Part shown: positions 1-11,057 of the stretch, in pieces
Numbering within the stretch: the stretch's first letter is position 1
How the letters are laid out: the number at the start of each line of letters is the position of its first letter
NCBI GenBank assembly: GCA_002269645.1
Contig: NIVC01004372.1
Location: 1 to 48,156 of the forward strand
Length of the DNA stretch: 48,156 nucleotides
Source: Macrostomum lignano
Lineage: Eukaryota
Direction: 5' to 3'
Position numbers and translations under genes: made by a program
The notes under the pieces: model-generated
Database searches by the model: none
What the model was told of the DNA's origin: nothing
Seen by the model: only the letters and a program-made list of their open reading frames with translations

Positions 1-29
1 CAAGACTTTTACGAATAGCTAAGACTATT

Positions 30-200
30 CCGGTTGTCCGAGACTGTTTTGGAGTGTCCGAGACTGTTATGGAGTGTCAGAGACTGGTATGGAGTGTCCG
101 AGACTGTTTTGGAGTGTCCGAGACTGTTATGGAGTGTCAGAGACTGTTATGGAGTGTCCGAGACTGTTATGGAGTGTCCGAGACTGTTTTGGATTGTCCG
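30..200. repeat. 20-bp minisatellite A (GGAGTGTCCGAGACTGTTAT), ~8 copies, decaying to ~300
   Basis: Direct tandem repetition with period 20. Confidence 0.9.
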
Positions 201-339
201 AGACCGTATCAAGGTGTTCGATGCTGTAGCAGGTTGTCTGAGACATATTATGTGGTGTCCAAGACTGTCCCGGAGTGTCGAAGACTGCTATGTTGGTTGG
301 TCCGAGATTGTCGCAGGTCTGGCAGTTTCGTGGGTCTGA

Positions 340-985
340 GTCTGTCAGGGAGTGTCTGGGGCTGTCAGGGAGTGTCTGGGGCTGTCAGGGAGTGTGTGGG
401 GCTGTCAGGGAGTGTGTGGGGCTGTCAGGGAGTGTGTGGGCTGTCAGGGAGTGTGTGGGGCTGTCAGGGAGTGTCTGGGGCTGTCAGGGAGTGTGTGGGC
501 TGTCAGGGAGTGTGTGGGGCTGTCAGGGAGTGTCTGGGGCTGTCAGGGAGTGTCTGGGGCTGTCAGGGAGTGTCTGGGGCTGTCAGGGAGTGTCTGGGGC
601 TGTCAGGGAGTGTCTGGGGCTGTCAGGGAGTGTCTGGGGCTGTCAGGGAGTGTGTGGGGCTGTCAGGGAGTGTCTGGGGCTGTCAGGGAGTGTCTGGGGC
701 TGTCAGGGAGTGTGTGGGGCTGTCAGGGAGTGTGTGGGGCTGTCAGGGAGTGTCTGGGGCTGTCAGGGAGTGTCTGGGGCTGTCAGGGAGTGTCTGGGGC
801 TGTCAGGGAGTGTCTGGGGCTGTCAGGGAGTGTCTGGGGCTGTCAGGGAGTGTCTGGGGCTGTCAGGGAGTGTCTGGGGCTGTCAGGGAGTGTCTGGGGC
901 TGTCAGGGAGTGCCTGGGGCTGTCAGGGAGTGTCTGGGGCTGTCAGGGAGTGTCTGGGGCTGTCAGGGAGTGTCTGGGGCTGTTA
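340..985. repeat. 20-bp minisatellite B (GGAGTGTCTGGGGCTGTCAG), ~32 copies
   Basis: Direct tandem repetition; ORFs across it repeat every 20 aa (3 units). Confidence 0.95.
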
Positions 986-1061
986 CGGAGCGTTATAATT
1001 GCATACATGTAGTAACAGACAGCCACGAACTCTTATAAAGTCACATCTCCGCAAATCTTAC

Positions 1062-1290
1062 GGTCCTCGTCCACCTGTCTGATGAGCACGTCAAGGTCGT
1101 CCTCCCTGACGTGCAGGCCCATGGAGGTCATGATGTCGGACAGCTCAGCGATGTCGATTGTCCCGCTGCCGTCGTGGTCGTAGCGCTGGAACGCTTCGAA
1201 GTATTCAATCATCTGCTCGCGACTGAGCTCCCGGAGCAGGTCTTCTTCCAGGGTGCTTCCCGAGCTTTTTTCTTTTCTACGTCGGCTCAT
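1062..1290 (-). CDS. EF-hand Ca2+-binding protein (calmodulin/centrin-like), first coding exon; gene continues left of the window
   Basis: MSRRRKEK...FEAFQRYDHDGSGTIDIAELSDIMTSMG...LIRQVDED: canonical EF loop DxDxSGxIDxxE, then the start of a second loop cut by a C|GTAAGA donor at 1061 (phase 1). Confidence 0.8.
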
Positions 1291-1624
1291 TTCGCTCTGA
1301 TCGATGGCCTCAGATTTTCTCAGACTGCTGTGAGCACGGCTGACTGTCAAACACAGTTGGAGTCTGGGGCTGATATAGCGAGTGCCTTTGTTTGCTCAGC
1401 ACAGCGCCTCAGTGCCCTCTGCATTCGCAGCGCACTACGATAATTACGAGTCATTGGTTTGGAGTTTTGATGCGCTGACCACTGAGTTATCTGCTCTGTT
1501 TGCTGTTTGCCCTGCCTTCTCTTTCCCGAATGCAGCTGAGAGCAGTGAGAATATAGAAAATTGAATTATAATATGAACTGAATTCGAAATTTTGAGTTTT
1601 GGGTCTTGGTATTTTGGATGTGAT

Positions 1625-1706
1625 ATTAGGGTATGGGAATTAGGGTATGGGAATTAGGGTATGGGAATCAGGGCATGGGGATTAGGGTATGGGAATCAGG
1701 GTAAGG
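1625..1706. repeat. 14-bp G-rich tandem repeat (TAGGGTATGGGAAT), ~6 copies
   Basis: Direct tandem repetition. Confidence 0.85.
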
Positions 1707-2759
1707 GATTTATAATTCGAGAGTAATAAATTAAAGGTTCTTTAATTTTGCATTTAGGGCCAAGGAAGGCACACTTGTGCAGCTTTCCTGCTCGCTATCA
1801 GTCTCGCAGTCACTCGTTTCTCTATTGGAAATTGTTCTATCAGACGTTCTGCTACAGCCGCCTGTCTTGAAGTCATTGCTGCTGTGTCTTGAATGACTCG
1901 CTAAGGCAAGCCAAGCGCCACGGATCTGAGCAGCTGGTCTCTGGCCAGCCAACCACCGTGCAGCAAAGAACAACAGACCGCATGGAGTATAGATATCGTA
2001 GAGGCGGAGGTGTTCTCAAGCTTTGAAGAGTTCAATTAAACTCTATACAGAGTTTTACTCGCTGCCATAGTCGGGTGGCTGCTGCTTCTAGGGGAAGCGG
2101 GGAGCAAATTAGCTATTGTTCTCTTTCCTGGCGAATTTTTAGCCTGGACTGCAACTGAAGCTCCTGGAGGCAAGAGAAATGAGGAGGTGGGCTAGAGGGT
2201 CAAGCAGCTGTCAGTGGGGATCCTCTCTGTCAAGGACTTCTAGAGTAAATCATTTGGAAAAGAAACTTCCTTTTCTTGCTTGCTGAAGAACTTATTCCAG
2301 AAAAATGTAAAAGAAATATAAAACTAGAAACTTGAAAAACTCGATTAAAACTCAACAGATTTCCAGTCTCACTTTGATGAAGAGAATGAAGAATTTCGGC
2401 CAGTCCAATTTCCACTCCAGTTGCTCGATCTGGAACTCCATGCGTCTGTTTCTAATATAACTTCTCTGTTCTACACAGAACTAGCAAAACGGCGAGCACA
2501 TTGAGCAGCGCGTGCTGCCAGTGTGGACTGTCATTGCTGACTTCTTAATGCCTTGAAAATTATGCTTTACTATTTGTGCGCGAGCTCGGCAGATGTTAGA
2601 CGGGCGGAGAGAAGGGGAGGGGAGTGACTCAGGGATCTCAATACCCCTTGATATCAGCGCTGCTAGAAATTATTGCTATTAAATTCTCATTGACAACGTT
2701 ACGAACTCAAGCCGAAAATTGTGACAAAAATTTCAGTTCTACTCCTGAATTTGGTTCTG

Positions 2760-3597
2760 ACTTTTGCCCCCCCCCCCGAATTTTGACCCCCCTATTTTTT
2801 TGACCCCCCTAACTTTTGCCCCCCCCCCGAATTTTGCCCCCCCTGACCCCCGACTTTGCCCCACGACTTCCCCCAACTTTTGCAGTCCACGACTTTTGCC
2901 CCCGACCCCCGACTTTTGCCCCCCTCAGACTTTTGCCCCCCCCCCGAATTCTCCCCACGACTTTTGCCCTCCGACTTTTGCCCCCACCGACTTTTGCCCC
3001 CACGACTTTTGCCCCCCACCGACTTTTGCCCCCCACCGACTTTTGCCCCCCACCGACTTTTGCCCCCACCGACTTTTGCTCCCCTCCGACTTTTGCCCCC
3101 CACCGACTTTTGCTTCCCTCCGACTTTTGCCATCCACCGACTTTTGCTCCCCTCCGACTTTTGCCCCCCACGACTTTTGCCCCCCACCGACTTTTGCCCC
3201 CACCGACTTTTGCCCCCCACGACTTTTGCCCCCCACCGACTTTTGCCCCCCACCGACTTTTGCTCCCTCCGACTTTTGCCCCCCCGACTTTTGCTTCCCT
3301 CCGACTTTTGCCCTCCACCGACTTTTGCTCCCCTCCGACTTTTGCCCCCCACGACTTTTGCCCCCCCACCGACTTTTTCCCCCCACCGACTTTTGCCCCC
3401 ACCGACTTTTGCCCCCCACGACTTTTGCCCCCCACCGACTTTTGCCCCCACGACTTTTGCCCCCCCACCGACTTTTGCCCCCCAACTTTTGCCCCTCCGA
3501 CTTTTGCCCCCCCCCTTTTGAAACCTTTCGATTTGCCCCCTGACTTTTGCCTTCCCGACTTTTGCCCCTTAACTCCCCCCAACTTTTGCCTCCCGAC
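2760..3597. repeat. C-rich variable-length minisatellite (CCGACTTTTGCCCCC(C)A, ~16-20 bp)
   Basis: Core CGACTTTTGC recurring with C-runs of variable length; strong strand asymmetry. Confidence 0.95.
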
Positions 3598-4561
3598 CTT
3601 AATCCACTTTTAGTATTGGTCACAATATTTACCCAAATATGGGTTCCGCAGTGTAAAAAAATTCTTTACAATATGCGACGATAACAAGGCACTTAAAGCA
3701 CATATCACTCAGTCAAGTGTTGCAGAAAAAGTAAAAGTAAAAGAAAAAGTCGTATAAACTTGGAGACTTGACCCGAATCTTGGCCAATTCCAGAACTGCA
3801 CCGCCCGCGCCTCACTGCGTAACTACAGGATTTCGAACTTCGGCAGTCTCGGAGACAAAGCTGTTTACTACCATATGAGGACTCCGCGCACGCTATTCGA
3901 TAATTCGTCACTGCTGCGCTGTGAAGATCGGCAATAGGAGAAGAAGATTGATTGCCGGATTTCTTCTTTTAGAAGCAGCGGCAGCGTGTTAGGCCTCTGG
4001 CCGGGGCTTCTTTGTTTGCATTTATTTTTGCCTGTTTTCTCTCCTACCCCCGGCTTCGCACGCACCAGCTTCTCCATCATTCTTGTCTGGCGAAAGCGCA
4101 TTTTTTTGTCTCCAAAAAAAGAGGGCCAACCCCTAGGCTTCTAAGTGGCGGCTCCCACAGCCGGAACTTGCCGTTGTCTGGCTGGCCAGTTTCTCTGTGT
4201 ATCGCTCATCGACTTTTCTCTTTGGAGGACTTCTTTAGTTTTTTTGTCGTTACTTGAAGCAGAGGCCTGGCCCAGTTGCGGGGTGGCAACGGTCTCGCTG
4301 TGTCGCTAAGCAGCTGCAGGCTGTTGATCGTGAGAGAGAGAGAGAGGGCGCGCTCGAATGCTTCCATTATTCACGCCAGGAGTTGAAGTAGCGAAACAAG
4401 AATGGAAGAAAAGTGTAGCATGAACCGAAATTGCCAGGAAAAGTGTCGAAATGGGCTTAATATGATCAGCTCGAGAGTTGATGAATATCTTCTGTTGGGG
4501 TTGCAAGTTAGAAGTATCTGTTATAACTACTTCGAGTGGCTAAATAATGCTATTCATTTAT

Positions 4562-4955
4562 TCACCTGACAATTCCAGTAGGGTACCTGACAATTCCAGT
4601 AGGGTACCTGAGAATTCCAGCAGTTTGTACTTGAGAATTCCAGCAGTGAACCTGAGAATTCCAGTAGTGAACCTGAGAATTCCAGTAGTGAACCTGAGAA
4701 TTCCAGTATAGTGAACCTGAGAATTCCAGTAGTGTACCTGAGAATTCCAGTAGTGTACCTGAGAATTCCAGTAGTGTACCTGAGAATTCCAGTAGTGTAC
4801 CTGAGAATTCCAGTAGTGTACCTGAGAATTCCAGTAGTGTACCTGAGAATTCCAGTAGTGTACCTGAGAATTCCAGTAGTGTACCTGAGAATTCCAGTAG
4901 TGTACCTGAGAATTCCAGTAGTGTACCTGAGAATTCCAGTAGTGTACCTGAGAAA
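4562..4955. repeat. 21-bp minisatellite (CCTGAGAATTCCAGTAGTGTA), ~18 copies
   Basis: Direct tandem repetition; 7-aa periodic ORFs. Confidence 0.95.
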
Positions 4956-5797
4956 TTCAATACCCGAGATTGCCCGAGATTGACACAATGGCCTTTATAA
5001 AGTAAAAAAACATCGCCGCTTCTCAGGCCTGATTGACAGCAGCCAATCAGGCACGCCTTCTCCCGACAAAAGCTTAAAAAAGTCCACAGTGCAGGCGTCA
5101 GCTCTGACGCCACCCCACCGCCCCAGGTGACACCTTAGCCGCTATCTATTGTAACAGCAGCTCAAACTCTTGACAAGAATTCCGCACCTCAGCCAAGATC
5201 TCTTCCCATAAACAAGCAGGCCGACAATGAATGACGGTGCAGCAAAGTTCTCTTCTCGCATTCACCGCCATAATTAGCGATGCAGAACAGAGGCTGAGCC
5301 AAGTCCTGCTTTAGTAACGGGCCCGCGCAGATCTTATCCCTCCAAAAATGTGCTGGGGTCAGGCCGCAGTCACCGCCTTCTATTCTCGTTTCCTTTATCC
5401 TATTCAAGGCTCCCCAGTGCTGCCGCTCATGCCAGCGAGTCACGCCTCGTCCCCAGCTCGTATCGGGCGGCCTGCGTACTCAGCCCCCCCCCTCAGCCCG
5501 GGCCGCACGCACCGCTTCAGTCCTGAGGCGCGCGCTGTTTTGGGAACCAGAAAGAGCGATATAATCGGCTAATTCGCATTCAAGTCCACCCGGTGGGAAA
5601 GGGGGTGGAGAATGGGGAGACGAGATGAGAGGAAGTCGTGTCGGTGCTTTTAACTCTGCTCAGCTTTGGCAAATTCAAGTAACTTTGGATTATGAGTAGC
5701 TTCTAGCGGTGGGCACTCCTGTTCGACCCAGTGGGTCGGAGATTGCTGACCGGGAAATCAGGGCTGGAGGCCTGCTCTGTGCTGCCGTGTCCAAGCA

Positions 5798-5864
<67 letters not shown>
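5798..5864. repeat. (TATC)n microsatellite
   Basis: About 17 perfect TATC units. Confidence 0.98.
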
Positions 5865-5866
<2 letters not shown>

Positions 5867-6811
5867 GCTCAAGAGTCGCTCCGCACAGACCAGATCATGC
5901 CGGTGTCGGAGTCCGGGCAGTGCCGCCCTCAAAGGCTGGCAAGAGAGAAGTGGCGCAGAGCTGCTTGTAAAGTTAAAGAGCCCCTGGGCTTGGATTAACG
6001 ATCAAGTTGCAGGCTGAAGCTCAAGTGGTCTCCCCTGACTTCCCCGCTGCCTCCGTTCTCTCGCGCATCAATTATTCAGCCGGAGGAGCGGCCGCCACCT
6101 CCCTGATTCCCGAGCCGCGTTTTGGTCCGGCTGTCAAGCCAAGTGTACTTGAGCGCGTGCTGTTTGTACTCCACAACTCCAGTCGGCCATCTCGCATCCA
6201 CGCGAGTTAAAAATCGTGAAATTCAATGCCCGCCTGATGGTGCTTACAGCATCTCTCTCTGGCAGAACAGCTTTCTCCTAAATCTATACCAAAAGAAGCC
6301 GAAAACTGGTTTCTGAATAGCGATATGTATGCTAATACTCCCGCTGAGCACAAGTGGCACTGTGGCGCTTTGTTTTACAATTGTTTTTAAAGTTGGAGAG
6401 CACATGTACGAACTACAGTTTTACTGCGTCACAACGCTTGAAGAATACTTCAGTAGAAAAAAAGCTTTAAAAGTAGTAAAAAAATCGGTAAAGGTACACT
6501 GCGACAGAACTAAAGCAGGTGACTCTTAATTTGTGTCACTTCTGAACTCATTAAGTCATTTTTGTTCGATTTCTTCTACTACTTATGCCTGTATGGTTAT
6601 TGAGATCTGCTTGCTTTGACTTTAAAAGTCACGGTTTATAGACATTGGCTGAGGATCATATCTACAAGGAAACTGGACATCATTACTATAGCTATCGAGA
6701 AAGGTTTGGAGGGCAAGGTCTGCTGAGCAATCAACTACATGCGGTACTTAATAAGCAAATTATACACATAGATTTGGAATGAAGGTTATAGATCTGTAAA
6801 CAGGATGATAG

Positions 6812-7703
6812 AAACTAGCAAGATAAGAATAGAGATAGGTGAAGATGAAGATAGAGATTAGTGAAGATTAGGATAGAGATTGGTGAAGATGAGGATAGAG
6901 ATTGGTGAAGATTAGGATAGAGATTGATGAAGATAAGGATAGAGATTGGTGAAGATTAGGACAGAGATTGGTGAAGATTAGGATAGAGATTGGTGAAGAT
7001 TAGGATAGAGATTGGTGAAGATTAGGACAGAGATTGGTGAAGATTAGGATAGAGATTGATGAAGATAAGAATAGAGATTGGTGAAGATTAGGACAGAGAT
7101 TGGTGAAGATAAGAATAGAGATAGGTGAAGATTAGGATAGAGATTGGTGAAGATTAGGACAGAGATTGGTGAAGATTAGGATAGAGATTGATGAAGATAA
7201 GAATAGAGATAGGTGAAGATTAGGATAGAGATTGGTGAAGATTAGGACAGAGATTGGTGAAGATAAGAATAGAGATAGGTGAAGATTAGGATAGAGATTG
7301 GTGAAGATTAGGACAGAGATTGGTGAAGATTAGGATAGAGATTGATGAAGATAAGAATAGAGATAGGTGAAGATTAGGATAGAGATTGATGAAGATTATG
7401 ATAGAGCTTGGTGTGAAGATTAGGATAGAGATTGGTGAAGATGAGGATAGAGATTGGTGAAGATTAGGATAGAGATTGATGAAGATAAGGATAGAGATTG
7501 GTGAAGATTAGGACAGAGATTGGTGAAGATAAGGATAGAGATTGGTGAAGATTAGGATAGAGATTGGTGAAGATAAGGATAGAGATTGGTGAAGATTAGG
7601 ATAGAGATTGGTGAAGATAAGGATATAGATTGGTGAAGATTAGGATAGAGATTGGTGAAGATAAGGATATAGATTGGTGAAGATGAGGATAGAGATTGGT
7701 GAG
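6812..7703. repeat. 22-bp purine-rich minisatellite (GGATAGAGATTGGTGAAGATTA), ~40 copies with recurring variants
   Basis: Direct tandem repetition with variant units (GGAC, AAGAAT..ATAGGT, TTGATG) recurring in blocks. Confidence 0.95.
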
Positions 7704-7814
7704 ATTGGATTCGATAAGTTAGAAAGCCAGACTAGTGCAAGTGGCTTGAGCCCTCGGAGAATGCCTTAGAGAAGTCCGAGTCAGAAACTGCAGAGGTCAA
7801 CAAAGGTCACGGGG

Positions 7815-8396
7815 TCAGACAAAGCTTGACGTAGCGTAGGGAGTCCGGCAGATGGGGCTGCCGACGTGCGCACCGCTGGCAGCGTCTCGCCCTGCCGCGG
7901 CGAGAGCCGTGTCAGACGCGAGCACCGCGTAGCCCTGCCTGTCAATGGCCGGAGCCGCGGCAGCTGAGGTGTACCGACTCTCCTCCATGGCGCCGGCGGC
8001 TGTCGCGTCTCCAGAAATGGTGGCGTAGAATTTGCGCGACATCCGGTCGGAGGAGGTCAACGCCGCCGCGGCCGATGTCGCCGCAGCTGCCGATGGGCTC
8101 GACGTCGCAGTCGTCTCGTAGCCATTGAACGCCTTGAGCGTCAGGCTTCGCTGATGCGTGGCCGCCAGACGCCCTCCGCCGTCTGGTGTGGAATTCGCTG
8201 ACGTCTGGCGCTGTGGCGACGTCAAATAGCCGGAGCTGGAAAACTTGCGCTGCCGCTTCAGGCAGGTGCCGCCCGGACTGCGGGCCCTGGCGTTGTCGAT
8301 CACCAGCGTGGCCGAGCGGCAGCCGTCAGTCAGGATGTCGGGGAACCGATAGGCGCCTTCCGACAGGTCGGCGCTGGGCTCGTCCGCGGTCTGCCG
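7815..8396 (-). CDS. Protocadherin exon 3 (cytoplasmic tail, ends ...PYATSSFV*)
   Basis: Acceptor TTCTTATTCAG|CGG at 8397/8396 (phase 0) opens RQTADEPSADLSEGAYRFPDILTDGCRSATLVIDNARARS..., in frame with ORF 7815..8303; GC-rich codon style matches exon 1. Confidence 0.7.
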   Translation of the reverse strand, partial: RQTADEPSADLSEGAYRFPDILTDGCRSATLVIDNARARSPGGTCLKRQRKFSSSGYLTSPQRQTSANSTPDGGGRLAATHQRSLTLKAFNGYETTATSSPSAAAATSAAAALTSSDRMSRKFYATISGDATAAGAMEESRYTSAAAAPAIDRQGYAVLASDTALAAAGRDAASGAHVGSPICRTPYATSSFV

Positions 8397-8428
8397 CTGA
8401 ATAAGAAGTACGTCGGGGTGCTTTGCTT

Positions 8429-10740
8429 TGTCAAAGCATCAGCTCATGTCAAAGCATCAGCTCATATCAAAGCATCAGCTCATGTCAAAGCATCAGCTCA
8501 TGTCAAAGCATCAGCTCATGTCAAAGCATCAGCTCATGTCAAAGCATCAGCTCATGTCAAAGCATCAGCTCATGTCAAAGCATCAGCTCATGTCAAAGCA
8601 TCAGCTCATGTCAAAGCATCAGCTCATGTCAAAGCATCAGCTCATGTCAAAGCATCAGCTCATGTCAAAGCATCAGCTCATGTCAAAGCATCAGCTCATG
8701 TCAAAGCATCAGCTCATGTCAAAGCATCAGCTCATGTCAAAGCATCAGCTCATGTCAAAGCATCAGCTCATGTCAAAGCATCAGCTCATGTCAAAGCATC
8801 AGCTCATGTCAAAGCATCAGCTCATGTCAAAGCATCAGCTCATGTCAAAGCATCAGCTCATGTCAAAGCATCAGCTCATGTCAAAGCATCAGCTCATGTC
8901 AAAGCATCAGCTCATGTCAAAGCATCAGCTCATGTCAAAGCATCAGCTCATGTCAAAGCATCAGCTCATGTCAAAGCATCAGCTCATGTCAAAGCATCAG
9001 CTCATGTCAAAGCATCAGCTCATGTCAAAGCATCAGCTCATGTCAAAGCATCAGCTCATGTCAAAGCATCAGCTCATGTCAAAGCATCAGCTCATGTCAA
9101 AGCATCAGCTCATGTCAAAGCATCAGCTCATGTCAAAGCATCAGCTCATGTCAAAGCATCAGCTCATGTCAAAGCATCAGCTCATGTCAAAGCATCAGCT
9201 CATGTCAAAGCATCAGCTCATGTCAAAGCATCAGCTCATGTCAAAGCATCAGCTCATGTCAAAGCATCAGCTCATGTCAAAGCATCAGCTCATGTCAAAG
9301 CATCAGCTCATGTCAAAGCATCAGCTCATGTCAAAGCATCAGCTCATGTCAAAGCATCAGCTCATGTCAAAGCATCAGCTCATGTCAAAGCATCAGCTCA
9401 TGTCAAAGCATCAGCTCATGTCAAAGCATCAGCTCATGTCAAAGCATCAGCTCATGTCAAAGCATCAGCTCATGTCAAAGCATCAGCTCATGTCAAAGCA
9501 TCAGCTCATGTCAAAGCATCAGCTCATGTCAAAGCATCAGCTCATGTCAAAGCATCAGCTCATGTCAAAGCATCAGCTCATGTCAAAGCATCAGCTCATG
9601 TCAAAGCATCAGCTCATGTCAAAGCATCAGCTCATGTCAAAGCATCAGCTCATGTCAAAGCATCAGCTCATGTCAAAGCATCAGCTCATGTCAAAGCATC
9701 AGCTCATGTCAAAGCATCAGCTCATGTCAAAGCATCAGCTCATGTCAAAGCATCAGCTCATGTCAAAGCATCAGCTCATGTCAAAGCATCAGCTCATGTC
9801 AAAGCATCAGCTCATGTCAAAGCATCAGCTCATGTCAAAGCATCAGCTCATGTCAAAGCATCAGCTCATGTCAAAGCATCAGCTCATGTCAAAGCATCAG
9901 CTCATGTCAAAGCATCAGCTCATGTCAAAGCATCAGCTCATGTCAAAGCATCAGCTCATGTCAAAGCATCAGCTCATGTCAAAGCATCAGCTCATGTCAA
10001 AGCATCAGCTCATGTCAAAGCATCAGCTCATGTCAAAGCATCAGCTCATGTCAAAGCATCAGCTCATGTCAAAGCATCAGCTCATGTCAAAGCATCAGCT
10101 CATGTCAAAGCATCAGCTCATGTCAAAGCATCAGCTCATGTCAAAGCATCAGCTCATGTCAAAGCATCAGCTCATGTCAAAGCATCAGCTCATGTCAAAG
10201 CATCAGCTCATGTCAAAGCATCAGCTCATGTCAAAGCATCAGCTCATGTCAAAGCATCAGCTCATGTCAAAGCATCAGCTCATGTCAAAGCATCAGCTCA
10301 TGTCAAAGCATCAGCTCATGTCAAAGCATCAGCTCATGTCAAAGCATCAGCTCATGTCAAAGCATCAGCTCATGTCAAAGCATCAGCTCATGTCAAAGCA
10401 TCAGCTCATGTCAAAGCATCAGCTCATGTCAAAGCATCAGCTCATGTCAAAGCATCAGCTCATGTCAAAGCATCAGCTCATGTCAAAGCATCAGCTCATG
10501 TCAAAGCATCAGCTCATGTCAAAGCATCAGCTCATGTCAAAGCATCAGCTCATGTCAAAGCATCAGCTCATGTCAAAGCATCAGCTCATGTCAAAGCATC
10601 AGCTCATGTCAAAGCATCAGCTCATATCAAAGCATCAGCTCATGTCAAAGCATCAGCTCATGTCAAAGCATCAGCTCATGTCAAAGCATCAGCTCATGTC
10701 AAAGCATCAGCTCATGTCAAAGCATCAGCTCATGTCAAAG
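8429..10740. repeat. 18-bp satellite (TGTCAAAGCATCAGCTCA), ~128 near-identical copies, intronic
   Basis: Perfect period 18; I see only two G>A variant units (near 8466 and 10626). Confidence 0.99.
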
Positions 10741-10878
10741 CTGCTACCACTAGAACTGATGCGAGCAGCATGCTAGAACTGATGCTACCACTCCTTACAG
10801 ACATGCGAGCAGTCTCTAGAGACCTTTTCTCATCTCAACCCCGAGCCCCGGTGCCGGTTGCCGGTCATGGCAACTCAC

Positions 10879-10955
10879 CGGATCAGAATTCGCCCTGTCG
10901 TACCAGGTGGCGCCCCGGTTGGTTCTTACTGCCGTTCTCGAGGTCTCCTGGCGAC
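10879..10955 (-). CDS. Protocadherin exon 2 (77 bp; GRQETSRTAVRTNRGATWYDRANSDP)
   Basis: Acceptor ...CATGGCAG| and donor CCG|GTGAGT; takes phase 1 from exon 1 to the phase 0 needed by exon 3 with no stop. Confidence 0.6.
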
Positions 10956-11057
10956 CTGCCATGTTGAAAATGCAGGGGTTGATTTAAATGTACTTCAAGT
11001 GGTGGGTCCTCTGGCATCAGAAAGCGAGTTAATATCCACACAGGACAAGCGGCTCAC

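Noticed and set aside
8418-10967. Three ~780-850-aa ORFs (KASAHV, CQSISS, MSKHQL repeats)
   Set aside because: They are translations of a stop-free 18-bp satellite in all three frames, antisense within a protocadherin intron; no evidence of coding.
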